Shown piece after piece: positions 27,896 through 36,907 of a DNA stretch of 64,000 bases; positions within the stretch are counted from its first letter, which is position 1, and each line of letters begins with the position of its first letter. The DNA comes from a virus. Lineage: Duplodnaviria > Caudoviricetes. A program made the translations under genes and the position numbers. The notes beneath the pieces are model-generated. The model was given only the letters and a program-made list of their open reading frames with translations, made no database searches and had not been told where the DNA came from. The DNA is taken from the IMG/VR virus record IMGVR_UViG_3300031519_000018, positions 7,511 to 71,510 of that record; one strand, 5' to 3'.

Positions 27896-30319
27896 TTACA
27901 TAGGTCCAAACGAACCTAGGTTAAAACCATTCATGTTGTCATTACCCGAAGACTCAAAGTCTTTTGGCGATGAATCGTTTTTTCTTTGATCTATCAACTC
28001 GCTTTGTTGAGTTGCTTGTATTTTTGTTCTTTCGTCTTTACGATCTTCTTTGTAAGCTTCGTCGTTTTTCTTAGTCTTAACTTCAGCTTCTTTTAATTGC
28101 ATATTAAACTGAAATTCTAAGGTCATTAACTCTTTTTTCAATAACGCTTCTTGTTGCATTTGTTGAGATTTCATTTGACCTTTCATCTGCTCCATTTGAG
28201 ATTGTATCTGAAATAAAGCTTGGGATTTTTGAACCTCAGCTTGAGCAGCAACTTGTTGAGCTTGAGCGTTAGCCTGAGCCTGAGCTTGCATATTCTCTTG
28301 CTGTATTTCTTGATCTCTGTCTTGCTTTTTCTTTCTTCGTTGCTTTAATAGTTGATTTGCTAGCTTTATGTTTTTAATCTCTCTAAGATCTATAGCATCT
28401 TCTAGATCTATCAAACCACCAGCTACAGCCGCTTGTATGTTATTTTCTAACATACCTTTTTCCTCGTCATCAGGCGTGAGTTCTATAAATATTCCAAAGT
28501 CATGCAAGTATAAGTTAGATATATCTTCTAATATACCTACGTTTTGATTACCTATTTTATTTATAAAAGCTTCTCTTGTTGGAGAAAACTCTAATATATC
28601 TGATATTCTAAGAGATAAGTTTTCAGCTAACTCTTGAGTTAACGCTAAACCAGAATTTAATATGTGTCTAGTAGCTGTGTTTGAATTAGCAGCGGCTAAT
28701 TTTTGAACACCAACTAGAGCTCGTGCATCTGGACTACTACCATCTCTAGCTTCATTTAAACCAGTCACATCCCTTATCATTTGCATGTAGTAGTTGTAGT
28801 TGGTTATTAAAGTTTGTATTTTTTGACCACCAGATCCTGATTGTATTTCTTGAATAGGTACTTTACCCGGATTCATATCTCCCTCAGAAGTAAAAGACCT
28901 ACCTATTATAGATCCCGTCTGAAAGAACATATTTAATGCTTCTTGTGGATTATAATTAGTTCCATTACCTAAATCAACCTCAGCTAAGCCGTCAGCGTCT
29001 AAATAAACACCATCTGGCACCATTCTAGACATAACTTGCTGTAGCTTTAAGTGAGTTAACTGTATCATGTCAGCAAAACCAGTACAGCGCTTTACTAATG
29101 AATCAATCCTTCCTTTGTACATTCTAGGAGCATTAATAGCGTAGTTCATTTTAACCTTACTATAATCACTCTTAGGTCTCATCATGTTTTTAGCTAACTC
29201 CCACTTAAGTAAATGATTTGTTCCTAAAATTAAACAACCTTCATATAAAACTTCTAATGACCTTGATATTTTACCAAAGTTTCCTGTCATTTCGTTTATA
29301 GGTGGATCGAATGTATCGTCTCTTAGTATTATTTTTTCCGCACCAGTTGAAGTTTCTTTAACTTTGTAAACCTCGTTCATGTAGGTTTTGTAGTTAAAAT
29401 ATAAAACTTGAATCTGGTTTTTATCGTCGTAGTAAGAAGAGTTGTATCTATTACTAGAGTAACTGTTCTGATGTATGCTTTGACTTTGTATAGATTTTAA
29501 ATCCTCATCAGTTAAATTAGGAAATTCTTTTTTAAGTTCGTTTATAGGTATTGTTTTTATTTCACCTACGTAATATATATCTTGAAAGTCTGGATCCTCT
29601 GTATAAGAGTAAACTATATTAGCTGGATCAACGTACTCAACCTTAACGCCTTCTGACTTTGTAAAAGTATTTTTAACGCAACCTATACCTATCGTAGTTA
29701 AATCGTAATTTATTCTTTTTTTAACAAGATCATACCTGTTGCCTTTAAGCAAAACGTTTATAGCTTGTTCTTCTGCTAGCTCTATACCTTGCTTGTAGCT
29801 TAATTTCATATGAAGGTCTAGCTCTTCTTTAGAGTTTGGAAGCATTTCTGGGGGTGATTCAAACAATGAAATACCAAAAGCTTCTTGAGCAAACATATTT
29901 AAGTCCTTAGTCTCCATGTCTCTCAATATAGACTCCATGTACTTTGTTCTCTTGTCAACACCATAAGGGTCTTGAGAATAACATTTTATGTCAAATGATC
30001 TTTCTGATATACCATTAACCACTATATCCACAAACTTAGGTATTACAGGTACTGGTTTCCAATCTAAGTTTAAGTAGCTTAAGTCACCGTTTACAGATAA
30101 TTCATCTTTATACTTTTGAATAGGTTGTTCACCTCTAGCGTATAGTCTTAGCTTATGAAACTCAGCTTGATGCTGATTATATCTTTGATTAGACGTAGAT
30201 CCATCAAACCACTCATACTCAATGGCTTTACCTACTTGTAATCCATACTTAGCGCTTAACTTCTCTGCGTCAGGTACAACTTGACTCGGAAAATAACCTT
30301 TTACAACTGACTCAGCCAT
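27896..30319 (-). CDS. Portal protein
   Basis: 807 aa after TerL; LDWKPVPVIPKFVDIVVNG, C-terminal Gln-rich coiled coil. Confidence 0.8.
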   Translation of the reverse strand: MAESVVKGYFPSQVVPDAEKLSAKYGLQVGKAIEYEWFDGSTSNQRYNQHQAEFHKLRLYARGEQPIQKYKDELSVNGDLSYLNLDWKPVPVIPKFVDIVVNGISERSFDIKCYSQDPYGVDKRTKYMESILRDMETKDLNMFAQEAFGISLFESPPEMLPNSKEELDLHMKLSYKQGIELAEEQAINVLLKGNRYDLVKKRINYDLTTIGIGCVKNTFTKSEGVKVEYVDPANIVYSYTEDPDFQDIYYVGEIKTIPINELKKEFPNLTDEDLKSIQSQSIHQNSYSSNRYNSSYYDDKNQIQVLYFNYKTYMNEVYKVKETSTGAEKIILRDDTFDPPINEMTGNFGKISRSLEVLYEGCLILGTNHLLKWELAKNMMRPKSDYSKVKMNYAINAPRMYKGRIDSLVKRCTGFADMIQLTHLKLQQVMSRMVPDGVYLDADGLAEVDLGNGTNYNPQEALNMFFQTGSIIGRSFTSEGDMNPGKVPIQEIQSGSGGQKIQTLITNYNYYMQMIRDVTGLNEARDGSSPDARALVGVQKLAAANSNTATRHILNSGLALTQELAENLSLRISDILEFSPTREAFINKIGNQNVGILEDISNLYLHDFGIFIELTPDDEEKGMLENNIQAAVAGGLIDLEDAIDLREIKNIKLANQLLKQRRKKKQDRDQEIQQENMQAQAQANAQAQQVAAQAEVQKSQALFQIQSQMEQMKGQMKSQQMQQEALLKKELMTLEFQFNMQLKEAEVKTKKNDEAYKEDRKDERTKIQATQQSELIDQRKNDSSPKDFESSGNDNMNGFNLGSFGPM

Positions 30320-30320
30320 A

Positions 30321-32534
30321 TTAATTTTCTATTAGTTTTGATCGCATACCGGACTGTCCGTATTTAGCTATGCTTAAGTTTAATTTTTCTTTTTTCATAA
30401 TTGGGTTTGCTCTGTACAAATGTCTGTTACAAGCCATAACGGCTAAACCTGAACTAATAGCCGCATCAAACTTTGTACGATTATTAATATCAAACTTTGC
30501 CCAGTCTTGCAACGTTTCGTTAAAATAACATGTTCCATATGTATTATCAGACTTCATTCCAACATGATCTTGTATATACATTTCAATAGCAGCAGCGTGT
30601 GCTTGCTTAATATCTTCACTTGAGTTTGGTATTCCACCTACTTCTTTTTCAGCAACTGATAATTTGTTCCAAATTCTATCAGGCCTATTCATTGAGTAAC
30701 CTCTATATCCACGTCTTCTTAAATAGTATAATAAACGAGGTTTATTGTTTTCAGCTAATAACGGCATGCCGTAAAAAACTAAAGCCATTAAAACATCTTC
30801 AAAGAATATCTCAGCGGTTTGTGGTCTTGCTACGTATTCTAAAAAAAATTGGTTTGGTGGACAATCTTCCATACTAAATTTTGTTAACCCGTGTAAAGCT
30901 CCATTAGAACCTTTACCATCAACAGTTCCTGATATGTCATAACTATCACAACCAAAAGCACCCATGTGTTCGTTGCCTGGGTATCTCATACCATTTTTAA
31001 CTATACTAGCGTTTTGCCTATTTCCAGGTGGTACCCAGCTAACTTTAAATCTACCAGCTGGATTTGGATAAAACATTACTGTTGAATCTTTTATACCGTT
31101 AACCCATTGAAAGCTACCAACTGTAATTTGAGAATCATTATTAAGATCCTCGTTATAATCTATTTGTTCGTATATTTTTGCTAAATTAAATATACTGTTT
31201 TTAGTTTCGTCCCTAAACGCGTGCTCTTCTGTTCTAGGAAACTGTCTGTAAAACTCGTTTAAAGCATCTCCGTCTTCTTTTAAACCATCAACTTCGTTTT
31301 GCCAATGCTCTAATATACCGCTATCTATTGATTCACCATGCGGTCCAAAACTTTCTTGGTCGGGTGTGTCGAATACAGGTAGGCCATTAGAATCAATGAA
31401 TCCTTCGTAGTTCCATTCCATAGGTATGAACAAACTATATAGTCCTGAGCTAGTCTGTCCATTGCGGTTTCTTTTTGTAACATCTGAATTTTTATATAGT
31501 TTCTTAAAATTATCACCACCTTTATCTAAGGCGTTTGATGTCGATCCCATCATACATTTACCTATAACTCTAGAACCTAATCTCAGTGTCGTCTTTGTAA
31601 CTCTCCAGTTGTTTAATATATTATTAGGTCTTTCCCATTTACCTGATTCATCGTGTACTAATAGTTTTAATTTTTCACCATCATAACTGTTATCACCTGT
31701 GTTCTTCCAATCTATAGTAGTATCAAGACCTTCTAGTTCTTCTGGTTTATCAGAACTGACAATGCTTCTTCTAGTTAGTTTACTAGCGGGCACTCTATAT
31801 GCTAGTTCTGTTTTTGGACGGTCCATACCGTCTTGTATTGGTTTAAAAAAAAATGGGTAGTTTATGGATATTGGTACAACTTTGTCGGTAAACATTTTTT
31901 TAGCATCTGGTCCTGACTTTGATAAGATGCCAAATCTAGCATCAGATGATATTGTGGCTTGATTAACTGTTTCTCCAGAGGCCATGAAAGAAAATCCTGA
32001 ACGTCTGTTTTTAAGATAGCACATTCCGTAACATCTTGTATCTGCTTTGCAAGCTTCCCAGAATATGTAGAATAATCTATTTGCTTCTCTAAAGTCTGGC
32101 TGCCCAACATCAATCTTGGACCACTGCAGGTACATGTAATGAGTGCCAGTAATGTAAGTAGGAATACCTTTGTTAATATACCAAAAACCTTCATCTCTTT
32201 TTTTGAACTCATTTTCTATGTAGTCTATATATTTCTTCTTGAAATCATCTGGATAATTCTTCCAATCAAATATCGTTTTTATTCTTTTAAGCTCTTTAGG
32301 ATACTCAGTTACTTCCCATTTATCCTTACTAAACTTATGAATGTTTAATGGTTTAGGTAAAGCTATTTTAAAATTTTGTATTTCGTATATCTCACCTATT
32401 TCACCAGTTTTACTTATAACAACAACATCATGTTCTTTGTTGTAACCGTATTTCCATTTTTTAGACTTGTTAAGTCTTTTTATGGTATTTATTTTTATAG
32501 GTTCTATAACCTTAAATAAAGTTTGCTTATACAT
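30321..32534 (-). CDS. terL: Terminase large subunit
   Basis: Walker A KNRRSGFS, Walker B LVHDESGK, nuclease FGCDSYD and C-terminal KFDAAISSG. Confidence 0.9.
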   Translation of the reverse strand: MYKQTLFKVIEPIKINTIKRLNKSKKWKYGYNKEHDVVVISKTGEIGEIYEIQNFKIALPKPLNIHKFSKDKWEVTEYPKELKRIKTIFDWKNYPDDFKKKYIDYIENEFKKRDEGFWYINKGIPTYITGTHYMYLQWSKIDVGQPDFREANRLFYIFWEACKADTRCYGMCYLKNRRSGFSFMASGETVNQATISSDARFGILSKSGPDAKKMFTDKVVPISINYPFFFKPIQDGMDRPKTELAYRVPASKLTRRSIVSSDKPEELEGLDTTIDWKNTGDNSYDGEKLKLLVHDESGKWERPNNILNNWRVTKTTLRLGSRVIGKCMMGSTSNALDKGGDNFKKLYKNSDVTKRNRNGQTSSGLYSLFIPMEWNYEGFIDSNGLPVFDTPDQESFGPHGESIDSGILEHWQNEVDGLKEDGDALNEFYRQFPRTEEHAFRDETKNSIFNLAKIYEQIDYNEDLNNDSQITVGSFQWVNGIKDSTVMFYPNPAGRFKVSWVPPGNRQNASIVKNGMRYPGNEHMGAFGCDSYDISGTVDGKGSNGALHGLTKFSMEDCPPNQFFLEYVARPQTAEIFFEDVLMALVFYGMPLLAENNKPRLLYYLRRRGYRGYSMNRPDRIWNKLSVAEKEVGGIPNSSEDIKQAHAAAIEMYIQDHVGMKSDNTYGTCYFNETLQDWAKFDINNRTKFDAAISSGLAVMACNRHLYRANPIMKKEKLNLSIAKYGQSGMRSKLIEN

Positions 32535-32809
32535 TACTTAGATCTTCTTTCAGCAAATCCACCAAAAGATGTTTCTTCAACAACCTCTTTAGTTTTATTG
32601 TTTAACATATCTTCTTCGTCCTGTATTCTATTCAATATTTCAAAAGCATCGAATATAGCTAGTTTTTTTGTTGCAGCAGCATTCTTAAGTCTATCAGCTG
32701 TTATATCATCTCCTGAATCTACAATAGCTTCTTTAGCTACTTTAATAAGTTCCTCAACTGCTTTATGCCCAGCTTGGATTATACTCTTTTTCGTTTCCTT
32801 GATATTCAT
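32534..32809 (-). CDS. Probable terminase small subunit
   Basis: Small helical ORF coupled to terL start; position only. Confidence 0.45.
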   Translation of the reverse strand: MNIKETKKSIIQAGHKAVEELIKVAKEAIVDSGDDITADRLKNAAATKKLAIFDAFEILNRIQDEEDMLNNKTKEVVEETSFGGFAERRSK

Positions 32810-33359
32810 ATTTAATTGTAATTGCATTAGTGGGAACTCGGTATAACCTCTGCCCGTCTATTATAAACTCATATTCTGAATTAGGTGCAAATCCAACCAG
32901 AGAGTTTAAATATATATCTTTATCCATCAAGTCTGGATCTATATGTTTTATAACACCTTTTAAAGGCGTTTCCTTGTCCATAGAGAACTTATCTGTATTT
33001 TCTAATGGTTGTATAAAGCTAAAGCCTTTAACAGCTCTCCAGACGTCATTTCTTTTGTAAGCGAATATTTGATCTGGCATAACAAAATACATGTCTTCTT
33101 TATAGAAAGACTTTGAATTTTGCTCTCTATTCTTAATATCTTTCCATCTTCTAAAGACATTGTGATGTACTATAACTTCGTCACCTTGTCTGACCTCTGT
33201 ACAACCTACTGTAGGCACCTCTAAAACTATAGCATTTCTACTAACGTTTTGGTGAGTAAAGATCTCAGTGTTTAATATAAGATCTTTATCACCTACTTTT
33301 TTAATATTGTTGTATCGGGTTTCTTTTGGTTTGATTATAAAATTGGTTACACTTTTCAT
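32763..33359 (-). CDS. Tandem double GroES-like co-chaperonin
   Basis: Two GroES-like repeats (..VRQGDEVIVHH..YFVMPDQIFAY; ..KGVIKHID..YEFIIDGQRLYRV). Confidence 0.55.
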   Translation of the reverse strand: MKSVTNFIIKPKETRYNNIKKVGDKDLILNTEIFTHQNVSRNAIVLEVPTVGCTEVRQGDEVIVHHNVFRRWKDIKNREQNSKSFYKEDMYFVMPDQIFAYKRNDVWRAVKGFSFIQPLENTDKFSMDKETPLKGVIKHIDPDLMDKDIYLNSLVGFAPNSEYEFIIDGQRLYRVPTNAITIKYEYQGNEKEYNPSWA

Positions 33360-33577
33360 TAATAGTCCAAGTTATACTCAACTGATATGGCCATGTTCTT
33401 GTTAAAGTCTTTCCAAGGTAAAACATTTACACCCTTCTTTATAAATACAGAGTATTTATCTTTGTTTTCAACAATGCAATCTATAGTGTGACCACCGTAA
33501 ACCTCTTGCCCTACAGAGTAGTGCATGGAGTCATTTTTATAATCTTTACCTATACTAATCTTTCTTACTAGGCTCAT
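33359..33577 (-). CDS. Hypothetical protein
   Basis: ORF coupled to neighbours. Confidence 0.65.
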   Translation of the reverse strand: MSLVRKISIGKDYKNDSMHYSVGQEVYGGHTIDCIVENKDKYSVFIKKGVNVLPWKDFNKNMAISVEYNLDY

Positions 33578-33809
33578 CTTCTTTTATTTTCTCTATAGAA
33601 CCATCAGTAACATTTATACTAACTTTTCCGTAAGTATTTTCTAAATCATCTTGAATTTTTTTAAGTTCTTCAGATTCAATTATAGCTGCTTGATGTAGTA
33701 GTTGGTGCTTTTGCACTTCCACGTCTCCTATTCTTAATTTTACTTGATTTAACTTACCAATTACATCCTGTAATTCTTCTAATTCTTGTTTTTTAATTTT
33801 TTTTGCCAT
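33555..33809 (-). CDS. Coiled-coil protein (prefoldin/fibre-chaperone-like)
   Basis: Heptad pattern; downstream of fibre genes. Confidence 0.5.
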   Translation of the reverse strand: MAKKIKKQELEELQDVIGKLNQVKLRIGDVEVQKHQLLHQAAIIESEELKKIQDDLENTYGKVSINVTDGSIEKIKEDEPSKKD

Positions 33810-33870
33810 TTTATTATATTTAATTATTAATCCTATATATATTAATCACTTATTTATAGTGATTTGTAAA

Positions 33871-35376
33871 CTACCTAGCGGTTGTTAACAACCCGTTTTT
33901 AAATGTATATGTTACTTTACCTACAGCAAAGCTAGCTGTTGCACCGCTTACTGAGGCATCACTACCCGCTGCACCGGTTGCTCCTTGTGGTCCAGTTGCT
34001 CCTTGCGATCCAGTATCTCCTTTTGCGCCTGCGGCTCCAGCAGCACCAGCAGGTCCTTGTGGTCCTGTTGCTCCTGTACCTCCTTGTGGACCAGTGTTTC
34101 CTGTTTTTCCATCACCTCCAGCTGCACCAGTATTACCCTTGGCTCCAGCGGCTCCAGCGGGTCCTGTTGGTCCAGCTGCACCAGTATCACCTTTAGCTCC
34201 AGCATTACCGTTTGAGCCATTACTTCCGGCGTCACCAGTATCTCCTTTTGAGCCAGCGGCTCCAGTGTCACCCTTTGCGCCAGCTGGCCCTGTTGGCCCT
34301 GCTGAACCAGTACTACCTTTTGCACCTGCGGCTCCGGCTGATCCGGTGTCACCCTTGTCTCCTTTACCACCAGCAGCTCCAGCAGCTCCGGTTAATCCCT
34401 GTATTCCTTGACTTCCATTACTTCCATTGCTTCCAGCATTACCTGTAGCGCCTTTAGCTCCAGCAGGTCCAGTTGGTCCTTGAGAACCTGTACCACCTTT
34501 AGCACCCGCAGCACCCGCAGCACCAGTATCACCTTTCGCGCCAGCTGCACCCGCGGCACCTGTATTACCTTTATCTCCTTTGGCTCCATCACTACCGTCT
34601 GTTCCATTTGACCCAGATGGACCTTGTGGTCCTGTACTTCCTGTATCACCTTTAGCACCTGCTAATCCGTTGCTTCCGTTTGATCCAGCCGCGCCAGTAT
34701 CACCTTTTGCGCCATTTGATCCAGCAGCGCCCGTGCTACCTTTAGCCCCAGCTGGACCTTGTATTCCTTGTATTCCTTGCGATCCAGTATCACCTTTTGG
34801 GCCTTGCGATCCAGTAGAACCTTTGTCACCTTTAGCTCCGTCGTTTCCGTCAGATCCCGCAGAACCTGTGCTACCTTTTGGACCAATACCTCCTGTTGCA
34901 CCAGTGTCTCCCTTAGGTCCTTGTGACCCGGTACTTCCTGTGTCTCCTTTTCCTCCAGCACTTCCTGTGTCTCCTTTGTCTCCTTTACCACCATCAGATC
35001 CATTAGATCCATTAGATCCAGCGGAACCCGTATCACCTTTGTCACCTTTTGAACCAGTAGAACCTGTATCACCTTTAGCGCCAGTAGCTCCTTGTGAAGC
35101 AGCTCTAGATGAATCACTACCAAAAGCGTCTTTTATAAACGCGTGTAATTCTTCTACGTCAGCTCTAACGTCCTCTAGTTGTTTTATTAAATATCTATTG
35201 GTTTGATATAAACCATTATCATTAAATACATCGCTAATATCCGTAAGAGCAGTAAGATCATCAGATATTTCTTTTGAAACAGTAAACTCTCCATCGCTAC
35301 CTTTAGTAGCTCTAGCTCCAGACGATCCTTCTTTAAATAACTTTTTACCTCTTATATTGTCGTTTATACTTGCCAT
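33871..35376 (-). CDS. Collagen-like fibre protein
   Basis: About 125 consecutive Gly-X-Y triplets between short N- and C-terminal domains. Confidence 0.85.
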   Translation of the reverse strand: MASINDNIRGKKLFKEGSSGARATKGSDGEFTVSKEISDDLTALTDISDVFNDNGLYQTNRYLIKQLEDVRADVEELHAFIKDAFGSDSSRAASQGATGAKGDTGSTGSKGDKGDTGSAGSNGSNGSDGGKGDKGDTGSAGGKGDTGSTGSQGPKGDTGATGGIGPKGSTGSAGSDGNDGAKGDKGSTGSQGPKGDTGSQGIQGIQGPAGAKGSTGAAGSNGAKGDTGAAGSNGSNGLAGAKGDTGSTGPQGPSGSNGTDGSDGAKGDKGNTGAAGAAGAKGDTGAAGAAGAKGGTGSQGPTGPAGAKGATGNAGSNGSNGSQGIQGLTGAAGAAGGKGDKGDTGSAGAAGAKGSTGSAGPTGPAGAKGDTGAAGSKGDTGDAGSNGSNGNAGAKGDTGAAGPTGPAGAAGAKGNTGAAGGDGKTGNTGPQGGTGATGPQGPAGAAGAAGAKGDTGSQGATGPQGATGAAGSDASVSGATASFAVGKVTYTFKNGLLTTAR

Positions 35377-35378
35377 AA

Positions 35379-36851
35379 TTATACTTGATCTAATTCTATT
35401 ATTATAGAAGCGGCAACACCTCTCCAGTATTTACTACTTGCGCTTTTATTATATCTAATTCTTATTCTATCCCCTTTTACAAAAGAAACATTACCTGTAG
35501 ATGATCCACTAGGGTTATATTCTATATAACTACCATCATTCGTTCCATTACTCGGTGTTAGTTGTCCTGATGTTGCAAATGTTGAACCATTTTTATAGAC
35601 TTGTAGCTGTGTAGTAAAACTACTACTCATACTTCCATAAACATGTTGCATTACTATTCTTTTAATTCTACCTGTACATGGAGCAGCCCAGTGAACATAA
35701 TACTGACCAGACGTAGTATCTGATATAGAATTAAATGGCATATAAATAGAACTAGTAGTAGATGTGTCATCTGAAAAATTACTGTTTAATACGAATTGAT
35801 TTTTATTAACCCCTAAAGCAATTTTAGTGTCTGCTAAACTACACCTAGCGCTTTCATCTTCGTTAGAAACTACAACAAAATCTGTTATTTGTGGATCATC
35901 TCCATCAATGTCATTTAACTCTGAAAGATCCACACCTAATGATACCGTTCCAGACGTTCCTCCACCACTTAAGCCTGTACCTGCTGTTACACCAGTTATA
36001 TCTCCTACGTTTGAAGTATAATTTTGATTTTTAACAAATGCAGTTGTAGCTAAGTAGGCAGAACTATCTGCTGTTGACCTTGTTACAGATATAGGTGTTG
36101 TTGTGAATGTTTTTGCTCCACCAATACTTTGTGTACCTATAGTATATACTCCATTTGTAACTGATCCAGCGTTACCTGAAACCGTTGTTTGAGTTCCTGT
36201 TAAAGTAACTCCGTTAGCAGTCACTGTTCCTGCAAAAACTGCATTACCTGAGGTGTCAATGTTTAATTTAGCTTTTGCTTGGTAAGATGACTGTGATCCA
36301 TCAGATGCATAACCAATGTTAAAACCAGAGCTATTATATCCACTTCCCACAAACCATTCTCTGTTACTTGAGTTAGATGCGCTATTTGCGGCGTCTCTAA
36401 GTTTCATTCCAATGCCACGCCCCTCGTAGCCTTGCATTAATAATGTAGCACTCATCGCGGGAGCACCGCCGCCATCAGGCACATTTATTGTTAAATTACC
36501 ACCCGTGGTTACAGCATCAGTTACAGCAATACTACCTGTTATTGATACACCTGAACTTGTAGTTGCAAATTTTTTAGAGTTGTCGTAATAAAGCTCTATT
36601 GGCCCGTCTTTTGTAAAATTAGCATAGTTTTCTCCCAACTGACCAGATTTTAAAATAACACCTGTATCTGAAATGATGTATAAATCCCCAGGTCCTGTTT
36701 CTGAAATAAACGTCCCAGTACCCATAGAAGAGTGGTGTATTTCAAAATCACTACTCGCGCCGATTTTTATATAAGTATTATCTCCTAGGAGTACATTACC
36801 TGCAAAAGTTGCACTTCCTGCGAAAGTTGTGTCTGTTAAAAAACTTGCCAT
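35379..36851 (-). CDS. Tail fibre / receptor-binding protein
   Basis: Gly/Ser/Thr-rich beta repeats, C-terminal lectin-like domain; fibre module. Confidence 0.65.
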   Translation of the reverse strand: MASFLTDTTFAGSATFAGNVLLGDNTYIKIGASSDFEIHHSSMGTGTFISETGPGDLYIISDTGVILKSGQLGENYANFTKDGPIELYYDNSKKFATTSSGVSITGSIAVTDAVTTGGNLTINVPDGGGAPAMSATLLMQGYEGRGIGMKLRDAANSASNSSNREWFVGSGYNSSGFNIGYASDGSQSSYQAKAKLNIDTSGNAVFAGTVTANGVTLTGTQTTVSGNAGSVTNGVYTIGTQSIGGAKTFTTTPISVTRSTADSSAYLATTAFVKNQNYTSNVGDITGVTAGTGLSGGGTSGTVSLGVDLSELNDIDGDDPQITDFVVVSNEDESARCSLADTKIALGVNKNQFVLNSNFSDDTSTTSSIYMPFNSISDTTSGQYYVHWAAPCTGRIKRIVMQHVYGSMSSSFTTQLQVYKNGSTFATSGQLTPSNGTNDGSYIEYNPSGSSTGNVSFVKGDRIRIRYNKSASSKYWRGVAASIIIELDQV

Positions 36852-36867
36852 TTGTTATGTATTAAAT

Positions 36868-36892
36868 TAAAAACCGACCCCGAAGAGCCGGC
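36868..36892 (-). terminator. Intrinsic terminator (UUCG loop)
   Basis: Minus strand CCGGCTC-TTCG-GGGTCGG-TTTTT. Confidence 0.75.
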
Positions 36893-36907
36893 TAAATATT
36901 ATTGTTA

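Noticed and set aside
33939-35206. Several plus-strand and alternative-frame ORFs over the collagen gene
   Set aside because: Shadow ORFs caused by Gly-X-Y codon periodicity.
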